From positions 64,728,001-64,792,000 of the forward strand of contig OX597826.1 in assembly GCA_951406725.2 (NCBI GenBank): a stretch of DNA of 64,000 bases, written 5' to 3'. The position numbers were made by a program, and so were the translations under genes. Source of the stretch: Octopus vulgaris. Lineage: Eukaryota. The stretch's first letter is position 1; every line of letters begins with the position of its first letter. Under the pieces are notes generated by a model. The model did no database searches and was not told the origin of the DNA. It saw only the letters and a program-made list of their open reading frames with translations. Of the stretch, positions 1 to 13,212 are shown piece by piece.

Positions 1-8
1 GTGAACAA

Positions 9-61
<53 letters not shown>

Positions 62-678
62 GAGTAAACAAAATACTTGAAGCAACCAGAGACGTTTAGT
101 TCAAGGAACGGATGTGGAGGCGTCTGCGCCGTAATAGAAGTCACTTAGAGACATGGCTTAATAATTCAACAACGCATAAGCATACATTCATATATGCACA
201 TGTAAACGACACACACGCACGCACACACATACACACACATATATCTATATATACACGTATGCATGTGTGTATATACATATATATATTTGTACGTGTATAT
301 ATATATATAAACAGGTACACACACACACACAAACATAGAGACTCACATACACACATACAACACACGTATATACGGACATACATTAATATTTCATTCTCAC
401 ACATTTATATACAAACGAGAAGATATATACCGGACATGCGTGCACACAAGTGTGTGTGTGGGGGAGGGGGTCGTGTTGGTTTCCGGTAGTCTCAACCTCT
501 ATTGTGCCACTGGTGTTAGAGCTGATTTCGCAGAAAAGTGGGTTCGGTGATGCGCAACACTTTATCCAAAGCAAACTGACGCACAGGAACTGCCTGGACT
601 CTCGGAACGTTTGCATGGAGTTACTAAGTTGAAGAAGTGGTCACATTTAGTCATGTGTTGACTGCCACCACCATATAC

Positions 679-841
679 GTCAAATCGCTCTGAGTGCTTC
701 AGATAACAAGTAATCCAATACAACCCGATGCATAGTCGGGCGATTTGACTGGTAACATCGCCAAGCCTTCACCGTGGGCAGGGTGGTTTTTTGGAGATGA
801 AAAACAAAGGGTGGATGAACTCAGAAGCATCAACGGCCATC
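679..841 (+). mobile_element. Old diverged copy of the RTE-5'UTR-like element seen at 18268-18810
   Basis: Shares GATGAAAAACAAA...GGA(T/G)GAACTC...ATCAACGGCCATC and TACAACC.G.TGCAT.GT.GGG with 18268-18455; interrupted by the MITE at 856. Confidence 0.5.
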
Positions 842-855
842 TAAGTGCATGATAT

Positions 856-1325
856 CAGCGCTGGGTTGACCATTAAGCTAAATAAGCATGTGCTTAGGGC
901 ATTAAAAGACGTGGAGGCGGGAGCACCACAGAAATTGTAAATGGTTCACGGTACAAAAGAAATCGTTTTAAACATATTAAAATAATATTCGAAGTGGTTT
1001 ATATGATCGGGGATATAATTTTCGATGTTCTTATGGTGTCATAGAGAGGATCTGATCAAAGACTTTGCAATTAAAAAAAAAGCAGGAGAAAAAATTTCAA
1101 ATATAAATAAAATGGAAGAATACAAAAATAAACACTATTTTCCATCTTACTGTTAGTTTTGTTTCATTTTGAATACTAAAAGTTTATTTTATGATTTGTG
1201 GTAAGTAGCTTGCTTACCAGCCACATGGTTCCGGGTTCAGTTCCACTGCGTGGCACCTTGGGCAAGTGTCTTCTACTATAGCCTTGTAATTGGATTTGGT
1301 AGACGGAAACTGAAAGAAGCCTGTC

Positions 1326-1363
<38 letters not shown>

Positions 1364-1690
1364 GTGTACGTGTGTTTGTGTATCTGTGTTTGTCTCCCAA
1401 CATCGCTTGACAACCGATGCTGGTGTGTTTACGTCCCCGTAACTTAGCGGTTCGGCAAAAGAGACCGATAGAATAAGTACTAAGCTTACAAAGAATAAGT
1501 CCTGGGGTCGATTTGCTCGTTTTACATGTTTCTGTCATTTGACTGCAGCATGGTCGCAGTCAAATGACTGAAACATGTAAAAAAGAGAGAGAGAGAGAGA
1601 GAGAGACTTTATATTTTGAATTACATATATTTGTGGGGCACTAAAATCTTTTAAATTGCTTAGGGCTTCTATTGGTCTTAATCCGGCATA
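856..1690. mobile_element. hAT-like MITE (copy 1), interrupted by SINE A
   Basis: Ends CAGCGCTGGGTTGACC / GGTCTTAATCCGGC; body aligns by eye with 30994-31780 (AAAATAATATTCGAAGTGGTTTATATGA, TTTTCCATCT, GGGGCAC.AAAATCTTTTAA). Confidence 0.6.
1197..1590 (+). mobile_element. SINE family A (tRNA-derived head, internal (TA)n)
   Basis: TGTGGTAAGTAGC A-box region, GGTTCAGTTCC B-box, body matches the many other copies. Confidence 0.9.
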
Positions 1691-1952
1691 ATATAACAAA
1701 TAAGTAGGCGCGAAGATTTAGAAATTTCTGGTTTGATACCAAACTGCGCATTTAGTCTTCCAGGATGGATTGAACTCTAAGCCAACTAACCAAGGAAATG
1801 GAGAATTCTAATAGAAAAGCCTGAGATATGTTATTCATTATGCTTGTGACAAACAGCTGCACTAGCTCTCTGCTGTTATCAACACTTCAATAAGCGTGGT
1901 TGGTCCTACACAAGCCTTCATTACTGAAAACTAATCATTTGTGTGAGTTGTC

Positions 1953-2025
1953 TAACGGCTATAACATTTCTTTCTTTATTTTGGTACTACGGCCATAACA
2001 TAGAGGGGATAACGGCTATAACATT
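1953..2025 (-). mobile_element. About 40-bp 5'-truncated retroposon tail (SINE C-like) with 16-bp TSD
   Basis: TAACGGCTATAACATT at 1953-1968 and 2010-2025 flanks TTTCTTTATT...ACATAGAGGGGA, similar to the SINE C 3' end. Confidence 0.6.
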
Positions 2026-2341
2026 GGCTGTTAGATCTTCAGGCGTCGGAGTCGACAGAAGAGTCAATTATGTGGATGGGTGGACATAATAAGCTTCAGA
2101 TTAAATCATACGGACGCGAAAGTGTTGTATTCACGCCCGCACACACACGCACACACACACACACACACACACTAGAAATAACTTAATTTTCTTAAGTCGT
2201 TTATTTTTCCTCAACCGATCAATGGGCCGTTTGAGCAAACCTATCAACAACGATTCTACTGGAGACAGCTGTAAGTTAAAGAAAAATATGTAACGACCAT
2301 TATCTATGCCTTGTCTTATATATGTATATGTATATATATAG

Positions 2342-2621
2342 GTGGAGGCGCAATGGTTAGGGCAGCGGACTCGTGGTCGTAGGATCGTGGTTTCGATTCC
2401 CAGACCGGGCGTTGTGAGTGTTTATTGAGCGAAAACACCTAAAAGCTCCACGACGCTCCGGCAGGGGGTGGTGATCCCTGCTGTACTCTTTCACCACTCT
2501 TTCTTCTGTTGGCCTGCTCGCTTAGCCAGCGGGGTGGCGTCATTCAAAGGCTAAAACAATGCGAACGCATTGTGACCAGCAATGTGTAACAACATTTGAT
2601 GGTCTGGTCGGTCACGTGATT

Positions 2622-2628
<7 letters not shown>
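2342..2628 (+). mobile_element. SINE family B, tail type 2
   Basis: GTGGAGGCGCAATGG...GGTTTCGATTCCC tRNA-like head; tail ends GGTCACGTGAT, same as 20522-20817. Confidence 0.88.
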
Positions 2629-2688
<60 letters not shown>

Positions 2689-2920
2689 AGAAACCATGGC
2701 GACTGAAGAAGGGGATTTTTTCTTGTGTTATTTGTCCTGTACTCCATTTTTTTGTTGTTGAAGAAAAATGTCCAGTTCCTTGGTTTTGTGTTTATGTTTT
2801 TCGTTTCTCCGTGTTCGACGTTTTTTTGATGTCCTGTACCCATATATGCGTGCATATATACATGTAGAGGTAGGTACGTACATATATGTATATATATACG
2901 CATATGTTTTATTTATTAAT

Positions 2921-2998
<78 letters not shown>

Positions 2999-3236
2999 TG
3001 ATTGATAGATAGATAGATAAATAAGCCGAATATCCGAACCACTAAACCACACACCTTAGTGTGGGGGGTACGAGTGAGTAGACAAACAAAAAAAGGCACT
3101 CAACACATGTAGTAGGAGTTACATGTCTTATTCTTTAAAAGAGTTTAATTCGACTCCATGCGACTTAAAGTTTCGCGGGCTTCTAACAGAAACCAGCGAA
3201 ACATTAAGTTGAATGCAGCCGAATCGAACTGTTTTA

Positions 3237-3310
<74 letters not shown>

Positions 3311-3327
3311 TGATGATGATGATGATG

Positions 3328-3383
<56 letters not shown>
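3237..3383. repeat. (TAA)n/(TGA)n microsatellite
   Basis: Direct reading. Confidence 0.95.
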
Positions 3384-3804
3384 TCCCTGTGAGCACAATA
3401 TAGCGGCGAAAGAATTTGACAAGATTAGTAAATATAAAGATTTGCTAATGGAAATTGAAAAAATGTGGCATCTCAAGGCGACTACAGTACCAGTGGTTGT
3501 AGGATCTCTAGGAATGATAAAAAAAGGTACTGAAACCTATTTGAAAATGATTCCAGGCTTACCATCCCTACAGGAAGTGCAAAAAACCGTATTAACTGGA
3601 ACGGCTCATGTACTGAGAAGAGCACTATCGTTGTGAAAATAACATCCATCCATGAATTTATTTTTTATTAATTTTTAAATACATATTTTATCTGTGAATT
3701 TGCGCGTGTAATCTGGGAATGCATACAATGCCCTTCTCTGCCCTAGGTGTATGGAAAACACTCGGCGAGAAACGGAAGAAAATTTGAAGAAAGAAGGAAA
3801 AAAC

Positions 3805-3806
<2 letters not shown>
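3382..3806 (+). mobile_element. 5'-truncated R4/Dong-clade LINE 3' end (restriction-like endonuclease C-terminus plus 3'UTR)
   Basis: IPCEHNIAAKEFDKISKYKDLLMEIEKMW...VPVVVGSLG...QKTVLTGTAHVLRRAL; (TAA)n on both sides. Confidence 0.85.
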
Positions 3807-3860
<54 letters not shown>

Positions 3861-3861
<1 letters not shown>

Positions 3862-4124
3862 TTTGGGAAGTTGTGGTCGATGAAAAAGGTAGCAGTAGTA
3901 CCAATAATTGTCAGAGCCCTGGGAACAGTGAGTAAAAATCTCGAGGAGTACGTGGAACAAATAGGGGCTGCATTAAGGTTGGAGCACTTGCAGAAAACGG
4001 CACTGCCTGGAACCGCTCGAATACTCCGGAAGGTGCTCGAAAAATAAGAGGTGTTACCTTTGTTCACTGGCAGTGAACAGCTGACCCTGTAGTACATCTC
4101 CAGCGTTAGAAGCTGTGCAAAGGC
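3861..4124 (+). mobile_element. Second, different R4/Dong-clade LINE 3' end
   Basis: KLWSMKKVAVVPIIVRALGTV...LQKTALPGTARILRKVL; (TAA)n on both sides. Confidence 0.85.
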
Positions 4125-4144
4125 AATAATAATAATAATAATAA

Positions 4145-4298
4145 TCCTTTTCTACAAAAGAGACATTTGCGGGAGGGAACTAGTCGATTACATTGACCCC
4201 AGTATTGAAATGGTGCTTAATTTATCGAAACCAAAAGGATGAAAGGCAAAGTCGACCTCGGCAGAATTTGAACTCAGAACGTAGCTCGCCAGCACGCC
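4145..4298 (-). mobile_element. SINE family C, partial
   Basis: AAAGGATGAAAGGCAAAGTCGACCTCGGC.GAATTTGAACTCAGAACGTA core. Confidence 0.75.
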
Positions 4299-4357
<59 letters not shown>

Positions 4358-4554
4358 TAATAATAATAATAATATATATAGCCGAAATTGCAAGGATGAT
4401 CCGATTCTTGACTGAAGATAAAAGGCTTCGAATGACCCGTCCGTGTTTTTTGGTATCGTCTATCTGGCTATCTGGATGTTTTGTTGTCCCCTTTTGTATC
4501 ACCTACTTGTCCGGATGTTTTGCGTTCTTGTCCCATTTTATTTTATATATATAT

Positions 4555-4772
4555 ATAAAGTTAATCCAAACATGAAAACACAAAGAGAAAACACAACAAC
4601 GCGAGGACGTGAAACAAATAAAGTATTATTGGACGCTCAGAAAAGAAGGGAAGAAGGAGGGTTTAACGTTTCGAGCGGAGCTCTTCGTAGGAAACAAAGA
4701 AGAAGGAAAGATCCCGAGAAGGGAAGACAGAGGAAAAAAAATTGCTGGCGGTGCTCACGAGGTCACATGTTG

Positions 4773-4775
<3 letters not shown>
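4555..4775 (-). mobile_element. (TA)n-embedded Penelope-like terminal fragment with degenerate hammerhead motif
   Basis: Minus strand 4695-4661 reads GUUU-CCUACGA-A-GAGC-UCC-GCUC-GAAACGU-U-AAAC; T-rich 3' part resembles 44050-44230 and 60590-60745. Confidence 0.6.
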
Positions 4776-4815
<40 letters not shown>

Positions 4816-5778
4816 CTAAACTGGCAACATGACCATTCCTAAATACAACAACATATATATATATATAATCCGCCCAGTAAAGTGTGTGCGCCCGCGCGTA
4901 TGAGTGCGTGAGTGTTTATATGTATGTATATGTATGTGTAGCTATGTATGTATATATATGAATGTACGTATGTGAGTGTTTATATGCGTGTATGTATGTT
5001 TGTGTCGGACTATATACACATGCTTGAGTGCTTATTAATTGCTAGATGCCCCGCAAGAACAAACACACTCTCACACACACACATAATGATTATGACATAT
5101 ACCAGGAAGCTTCTACTTGGTTGATCAACCCATCTACTAGAAATACCACCGAAATTTTCTTCAACTCACTTTTCCTGTCATTTTAAAGCATACACGCTGG
5201 CTAATGTGTCGCGCCATGCATAGTTTCTAGATGAAAAGACGAGGTGGACAAAGTTTGACTACCTTTATCCATACATCTGCTCGATCTAGACTGACCTTGA
5301 ACAAAAACCAGAAGGACCGTTAGATGGACCGTTAGAGAGCCTATCAACAAAGGAGTGTCTAAATGCTATAAGTGCGACATTGAAATAAAGCATTGTACGA
5401 TTGCAACTTATCTAATGTTTTACATATGAAGCAAATAATACTTGTTGAAATAAATAAATATTCTAAACTGAAACAGAAAACCTTCCACGGCAAATATTTC
5501 AGTTACCGAACATCCATAATTAGTGTCTTTACACAAGACTCTTGTTTGTACACTTACTCACTCCACGTCTATCCCCGGCCTTTCCTTGTCTATGCACGGC
5601 TTTCTACATCTCTACACCAGTCATTCCTGTGCTTACACAGCAATTACTCATTGTATATACACTAGTTTCTCTATCTCTGTACACCAGTATTTCCACATCT
5701 AGACATCACTCTCTCTTTTTCTCTCTCTTTCTCTCTCCCCCCCCCCTCTCTCTCTCTCTCTTCAAATTTCACAATATA

Positions 5779-6118
5779 AAATATATATATAAAATTTAGA
5801 GAAAAACCTCTATTAAACAATTCAATAGTGAAAAACGTTATTCACACCATATAGAAAAAGTTAAACATACTATAGAAAACATTATTCTAAAAATCAATAG
5901 AGTACATAAACAATAAATAGTATTTATTGTTTATGTACTCTATTGCTTTTTAGATTAATGTTTTCTATAGTATGTTTAACTTTTTCTATATGGTGTGAAT
6001 AACGTTTTTCACTATTGAATTGTTTAATAGAGGTTTTTCTCTAAATTTTATATATATATTTGATTTAGAATTGCTAAATTGAATTTTTCCCAGTAAGTTT
6101 GGAATTATATTCCCTATT

Positions 6119-6122
<4 letters not shown>
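5779..6122 (+). mobile_element. (TA)n-associated fold-back element (about 141-bp arms, 1-nt spacer) plus about 60-bp unpaired tail
   Basis: 5779-5919 is the near-perfect reverse complement of 5921-6061; tail TTTTCCCAGTAAGTTTGGA...ATTCCCTA is shared with 63510-63540 and 63843-63873. Confidence 0.85.
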
Positions 6123-6182
<60 letters not shown>

Positions 6183-6439
6183 TATCAGAGCGAGTTATAA
6201 ACAGTAGCTACAACACATCGTGACGCTGATATCGAAAATGGCAAATATACGTCACTATATATATATTGTTGTCTTTGAATGCTCGGGATGAGAGAGAGAG
6301 AGAGAGAGTGAGAGTGAGCGAGAGAGAGGGGAGGGAGGAAATGGTTAAGGAAAGAGGAAAGCAGGAAGGAAAAGTCACTTTAACGAAGGAGAGATGTTCG
6401 TGAGGTCAGGGACCACCGCAAGAAGCTTGTCAACAGTAG

Positions 6440-6473
<34 letters not shown>

Positions 6474-6978
6474 CGTGGATAGTGGGTGTAGAGACATGCA
6501 CGTAAGCACGTCTCTCCACATCTTGATACTAGTCACTCACATTAGTCTATAATATCAGCGTTTATAACCACATACGTATCAATCTATCCATGCCCTACCA
6601 ATCATATTCTTAAATCTGTACGTGGTGCGTGTGTTACACCTATGAAATATTAAAGTAGTTTAAGGCAGAAATAGGGATGACTTTCTGATGTGACGTTTGG
6701 TTTTTCGAATAGAATCCATAAGGCTAAACCATTGTATAAGAACGCAGGAGATTGCCAAAATGGTTGAAAGGATCTCCAGACCTTGTAGTACTATCAGTTT
6801 TGGTGTGTATTAAGGCCATGAGACATTATTCCAGATGTTTGCTTACACCATGGCCTCCAGCTCAATATGATATTATATTGTCGCCTGTTCCAGGATTCCT
6901 CATAAGTCTACTGCCGTCAACTTCAAAGATATTGAAATAAATGGAATCTCTTCTTTTTGGCAGACTATTGATAAGGAT

Positions 6979-7205
6979 ATTTCTTTATTGCCCACAAGGG
7001 GCTAAACATAGAGGGGACAAACAAGGACAGGCAAAGGGATAAAGTCGATTACATCTACCCCAGTGAGTAACTGGTACTTAATTTATCGACCCCGAAAGGA
7101 TGAAAGGCAAAGTCGACCTCGGCGGAATTTGAACTCACAACGTAGCGGCAGACGAAATACGGCTACGCATTTCGCCCGGCGTGCTAAAGCTTCTGCCAGC
7201 TCGCC
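6979..7205 (-). mobile_element. SINE family C, full length
   Basis: Matches 20288-20502 and 60989-61195 in reverse; short AAGGA duplication near both ends. Confidence 0.9.
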
Positions 7206-7966
7206 AAGGAGTTCGCAAATCCGGTACCCAAGATTCACTTTTAGTTTCATACTAATTTTTACTGGAGTAAAAAGAAACACACCAACCCGTCTGGAGCAAA
7301 GTATGGTTGAACTTGGAACCTTGGGGAGAGAATGCAAATCCTTTATTCATACGCTACAAATGATCACGATGCCTGGGATTATTAAATTCTGAAAAACCTT
7401 CATAAGATTTAAAAGGTGGCGATTAAATCAAGATACTTTCCTTCATAGCCTTACTACCAAGTCATTGGCCGGTCAACATATACACTAAATTAAAAAAGAG
7501 AAAGATAAAACATATACACACCGTTTATGTGTGCGTGTGTCTCGAACGTATCAGTTTACTGAGTAATTGGTCCTCTAGGACTGTCTCAATATTGAAACAC
7601 CCTCCCCCATCGACACTCCCACCCACAGCACGTTTAGTTCCGTGTGTTGCTGTTTTGACGCCCAAACCCAAAACGTGTTCATGATTTATAGACTCACGGC
7701 TAATTGATGTAATAACCTGTTCAATGAATTGAACGAACGAAGTCATTGCTACCATAAAGGAACTGTGCCAGAATTCCTAAAGGCCTTTCTTAATCCCTTA
7801 CCCTGCAGTTGTTGAGTGTATGCGACACGAGGGCCGTGTGGTAAGAAGTCTGCTTCCCAACCTCATGGCTCTGGGTTCAGTTCCAGGATATGACATCTTC
7901 GGCGAATATCATCTGCTATAACAAAAACCTTTATAAGTGGATTTCATAGGCGGAAACTGAAAGAAG

Positions 7967-8026
<60 letters not shown>

Positions 8027-8142
8027 TGAGAGAGAGAGAGAGAGAATGAGAGAGTATATGTATGTACTAAATCCACTCATAAGGCTTTTGTGTGTGTGTG
8101 TGTGTGTGTGTGTCTGTCTGTCTGCCTGTCTGTCTGTCCGTA

Positions 8143-8179
<37 letters not shown>

Positions 8180-8182
8180 GTC

Positions 8183-8541
8183 TTTTACCTTTTACTTGTT
8201 TCAATCATCAGACTGCGGCTAAGCTGGGGTACTACCCTGAAATTTTAGTCAAATGAATCGACCCTCGGACTTATTTTTTTAAGCCTGGTACTTATTCTAT
8301 CGAAACCTTTTGTCGAATCACTAAGTTACGGGGACGTAAACACACCAACACCGGTTGTCAAGTGGTGATGGGAGACAAACACACACACACACGCAGATAA
8401 ATACATATATATACAATAGGCTTCTTTCAGTTTCCGTCTACCAGTTTCAGTTTCGCCCGAAGCTATAGTAGAAGACACTTGACTGAACCCGGAACCTTGC
8501 GGTTGGGAAGCAAACATCTTACCACAGAGCCACTCCTGCGC
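8183..8541 (-). mobile_element. SINE family A (diverged)
   Basis: Tail TTTTACTTGTTTCA through head GCCACTCCTGCG. Confidence 0.8.
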
Positions 8542-8544
8542 TTA

Positions 8545-8993
8545 TATAAACAATGTCGATCAAACATGCGTAAGGTTTACTTTTTGCCAGTTCGTGGGCA
8601 GGCTGCGATTTATGGTACCTTGTGTATGTGTGTTCGATATCATTTATATCCCTCGGGTTGTTTCTTATTCATATTTTAATTATTTCTGTGGTATGAAACA
8701 TTGGGGCTTGCCATAGTTCTCACAGTATATTGCATATAGTCATGGAGACAGATTTAGCTTGCGCCTGGCCTTGTTTTGGATACGTGGTATTGATAAGTCA
8801 CGAAGATGGCGAAATATTAATGCCTCCCAATCCTGCAACAAGACCTGGCGCGAGTTATCTCACTTGTCTATGACTTCTAGGTGTTTTAGCACCAGGCCTA
8901 TTGAGAAAATATTCTCTCATGCCGATAAATCGCAGCCTGCCCACGAATTGGCAAAACATATGCCTCGTGTATGTGTTTTCGATATTGTTTATA
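8545..8993. mobile_element. Fold-back/MITE with about 73-bp imperfect terminal inverted repeats
   Basis: TATAAACAAT...TGCCAGTTCGTGGGCAGGCTGCGATTTAT (8545-8617) is inverse to ATAAATCGCAGCCTGCCCACGAATTGGCA...ATTGTTTATA (8921-8993). Confidence 0.6.
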
Positions 8994-9648
8994 TCTGTCG
9001 GGCTGCTTTTCATTCATATTTGAATGTGTGTGTGTGCGTGTGTATACGTATATATATACGTGTGTATATATATGCGTGTGTAGTGATCCTATACAACGGT
9101 GCGCGCGCGCGCACCGCCCTTTTCTGTTTCGCGCGTGCGGCGTTGGTGCTTTCACCAAGGCAGAGGGGAAGAGCCCTCTCGCGCATACGCGAAGACCGGA
9201 AGAAGGGATTTGCTGTCGTGGCATTAGTTGAATGGCAGGGGAAAGCGAACCTTAACAAAGAGGCAAGGGAGCGTAAAAACGTTGACCAACTAAGCGTCCA
9301 GAGACACGGCAGACACCAGACAGCAGAAAGCCTTTCATTGAAGCAGACGCGTATTATCTTCGCTCTCTCCTGACGCCATTTTGACCAGTTCTGTTTGCAG
9401 TTGAACATTGTAAAATCTTACAGCGTTAAAGTTCAGCCTTGCACGCCCAGAACCAAGGGATACCAGATACACCACTTATTTCGTGTTGGATAAGACAATA
9501 AAGAGTATATATATATTTTTTACGTTTGCGTCTTGTTGTTTCTGACTGGTAGAGTCTGGAAAGTAAAGCAACGGAAATCGTGATTGCACCAATTGCACCC
9601 AAAAAGTGCAAGCAGCGACTCATTTCCGTTACACGTGTATATATATAA

Positions 9649-9737
<89 letters not shown>

Positions 9738-11054
9738 TGTATGTATGTATGTATGTATGTATAGGTGTAGTTATGTGGTAAGAAGCTTACTTCCAAACCA
9801 CATGGTTCCGGGTTCAGTCCCACTACATGGCAACTTGTGTCGTGTCATGTTCTATAGCCTCGAGCTGACTAAAGCTTAGTAAGTGGATTTGATAGACAGG
9901 AGCTGCAAGAAGCACATCGCGTGAATGTGTACCTATGTGTGTGTGTGTGTATATACATACATACATGCATATATATATATGTGTATGTATGTATGTATGT
10001 ATGCACACACGCATACACACATATTGAATGCTCTACAAGTCCGATCGTTATGCATGTGTGTTATTGATTGTTGTATTTGTCTTTGTAATTGTTGTTGTAT
10101 ATTTTCAAATAGTGGAAGTTAATAAATTCGCCATATTACACCTGTGGGACCCTACTGTATTGATATGTAATACGAACCCCGTTGCCGCCGCCCTGCGCCA
10201 CGCTGCCGCCTCCGGTGTATTTTCCATAAGCCATTTTGTTGATATCTGTAACTAAATGCTATCGACATTTTGCTCGATGCTCCAACGATTCTCCTAAACC
10301 ACCGCTCCTTTCTGCGCGCACGGGTGGGTGGATGTATATATGTTTGGGGGCGGGGAGTATACATATCACCCCCAGTGTAGTAAATATTAAATTTTAGGCA
10401 AGTTTTGAGAAATCCCAAATCTTATCACTTTACTGATTGATTGATCCTATAGGACTGATTCAGTATTTCTAAGATATCCTACACCCAACAGCTTCCGACC
10501 GAAACACCTCCAGCATGTCTAGCCCACCAATATGCAAGTAGTTTGTTATGACGCCTACAATGACAACCTATTTATGATTTATAGATTCATCACGAATGGA
10601 TAGAGTAACATGTTTACTGATTTGAACGAACAAGTCATTGCTACAATAAACGAGCAGTCACTGGCAGAACTTATAAAGATGTTACTTAAACTTTTGCACT
10701 GGCGTGGTAGCGTTTTATATCATGGGGTCAGTTTTTGAGTGTGTTTTTTCCCTTGGCTTCGAGTTTGCCGCTTATATAGCAGACCCAAATATGGTGACAC
10801 CATAAAACCATTGCCCGAGGCGGACCACTCCACTCTTTTGCAAAGTTACATTACTAACCCTTTGTATTTTGTAGAATTGTAGGTTTTAAACTGGATTATA
10901 GCATGTCATTTACTTGCCTACCTTTGATCTCCACGACGACTCCTGATGGTGTCATAGGAGCAATGACGTGATATGCGGCGTGTCTTGGGTAATTCTAAAC
11001 CGGGTGAAATGCATCATCTCTACCAGGACTAAACGTAAAGATTTCCTTGCAGAG

Positions 11055-11430
11055 AGAAAGTAATAATAAGGGCACTCAGAGAGTGCAAATCTCCGCCAAG
11101 GCAACACCAACGTTCTCTCAACGATTAGCCAGAGTTGATTTTCAAAATGAGAATATCTGAAATAAACTCGACTGCTCTCACAAACGAGAATACTAAAATG
11201 AACCCGACTGCTCTCAAAAATTTAGTAAAGAAACAGGAAAGATAATCCAGAATCCTTGTCCGGTACCGGATCGATCCCTAAATCTATTCAGTTCAAGCCA
11301 GTCACAACACCAAACATCTCTGAAAGTTTCATCCGAATCCATCCACAAAGCGGTTCTTGAGATATCTTGTTCTCAGACAAACAAACACGACTGAAATAAT
11401 ACTTCCGCCTTCGCCAAAGCGGAGGTAATA
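11055..11430. mobile_element. Helentron/DINE-1-like non-autonomous element
   Basis: Subterminal CTCCGCCAAGGC, terminal hairpin ACTTCCGCC...GCGGAGGT followed by AATA, AAAC repeat near the end. Confidence 0.5.
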
Positions 11431-11439
11431 GTCATGTCT

Positions 11440-11630
11440 GATTAGGTACAAGGCCTGAAATTTGGGGGCAAGATACTAGTCGATTACATTGACTACTATG
11501 CGTTAGTGGTACATACTTCATCGACCCCGAAAGGATGAAAGATAAAGTGAACCTCGGCGGAATTTGAACCCAGAATGTGAAATCGGACGAAATACTGCTA
11601 ACCATTTCGCCCGGCATGCTGACGATTTAA
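11440..11630 (-). mobile_element. SINE family C (diverged)
   Basis: TCGACCCCGAAAGGATGAAAG...CTCGGCGGAATTTGAAC core. Confidence 0.75.
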
Positions 11631-12154
11631 GTTCATGGAAATAATTTGAAATTAAGTGTTTTACTCAACAGCACAATCCACTGACCAGTCTGGGAATCGG
11701 AACTAGGAACTTACGATAGTGAGTCCAAAGTTCTAATCACGGGACCAAGCGTTTCTGCAAATTAAATTAAACACTTTCAGAAAGAGAGATTTGAGTCAGG
11801 CTGAAGCCATACTTATTACAGAAATAGGTTAAAGTTTGTATGTTTATTTCTCATGTATACTTATGCCAGAGCAATATGTCAGCACATTGTACACCCTGTG
11901 AAGATAAGTATCACACGTCACAGGGATTACACTATGCGACATAGAAAACATTAAAAATAATCGGAAAATATATATTCTTATCATCTGAACATTTGTATAT
12001 ATTTTTTTCTACGTTTTTGTGCATGTGGTTCTTTTTCGTCATTACTGCAATAAATACGACGAAATAGGTTAAAGTTTGTATGTTTATTTCTCATGTTGTG
12101 TATGTGCGCGCGCGCTCATGTTTAAAAGCAAACACGTATGCGACGTATAGTAGA

Positions 12155-12540
12155 CTAGCAGTATCGCCCGGCGTTGCTCAGGTTTGTAAGGGAAATAACT
12201 ATAAAGCATTTTTAGAGAGTTATAGCCAAAAAATAGCAAAAAAATGGAAAAAAAATTATGGTAAATTTTTTTTTGAGAGTAAAAAAAGGTTGAGTTGCGT
12301 CCCCTAGACAGTTTGTGGTTTGTGTTTCTGATTCTCGACCCCATGTCGAATTTATCGATTTTCTTCAGAACTGGGGGAACTTTTCAAAATTTTCGCTGCG
12401 TTAGTTTTGAATTATGACATTGGGCTATGTGTGTGTCAAGTTTCATCAGAATCGGTTGAAAGCCGTGGTCAGGGTGAGGGTACAACCTGACAGACACACA
12501 GAAACACGCACAGACAAACTGCCGTTTATATATAGAGAGA
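12155..12540 (-). mobile_element. Non-autonomous Helitron
   Basis: Minus strand starts TCTCTATATATAAA and ends in a GC-rich hairpin region (GAGCAACGCCGGGCG) followed by CTAG. Confidence 0.75.
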
Positions 12541-12817
12541 TATCATCACAGCGTGTGCTACTGTGCTGACATTGTTTTGGTATAAGTATTTCGAAAATGG
12601 CGAAGACTTAAAAACATGAAAGTTTTGTGTTCGTTTCCACTGCTGTAAAGAAAAAACAAAAGTTATAAGAGCTCTCAAAATAGATGCTAGTGATATTCTG
12701 GGGTCCATACACCTACTGAAAGAATTGAAATAATATTTTGAATGATCTACAGATGTTTTTTTTGCTTTTTGTTTTTGTTTATTCGAGTTCTATATGTAAT
12801 TACATCTTTATATATTA

Positions 12818-13212
12818 CTAGCAGTATCGCCCGGCGTTGCCCGGGTTTGTAAGGGAAATAACTATATAAGCATTTTTAGAGATGTAAAGTATAATAGCCA
12901 TCTCAATATGGCTAACCTCAAAGGGGGGGATGTTACTGTAGCTTTTTACGTTCTGAGATTTAATAATACATTTTAGAGAGTTACTTCCCTTATATAATAG
13001 CAAAAAATGCATTAAAATGGGAAAAAAATGATGGTAATTTTTTTTTTTAATCGTAGACTCATCGTAGATGCGCGCTAATACCCAGAAGGGCTCGATATGA
13101 ATCACGACTATAAGATACCCGCTTTTGGCTACACTGCACCGCAAAATGTGGGAGTAGTTAGGAATCTAAATCGTAGGAGACAGACACACAACTTCACTTT
13201 TATATATAAAGA
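12818..13212 (-). mobile_element. Non-autonomous Helitron (same 3' end as 12155, different 5' part)
   Basis: Minus strand 5' TCTTTATATATAAAAG; 3' CCCGGGCAACGCCGGG hairpin plus CTAG. Confidence 0.75.

Noticed and set aside
8759-9408. 204-aa and 132-aa ORFs in the CpG-rich patch
   Set aside because: They run through microsatellite and an inverted repeat, with no recognisable domain or splice context.
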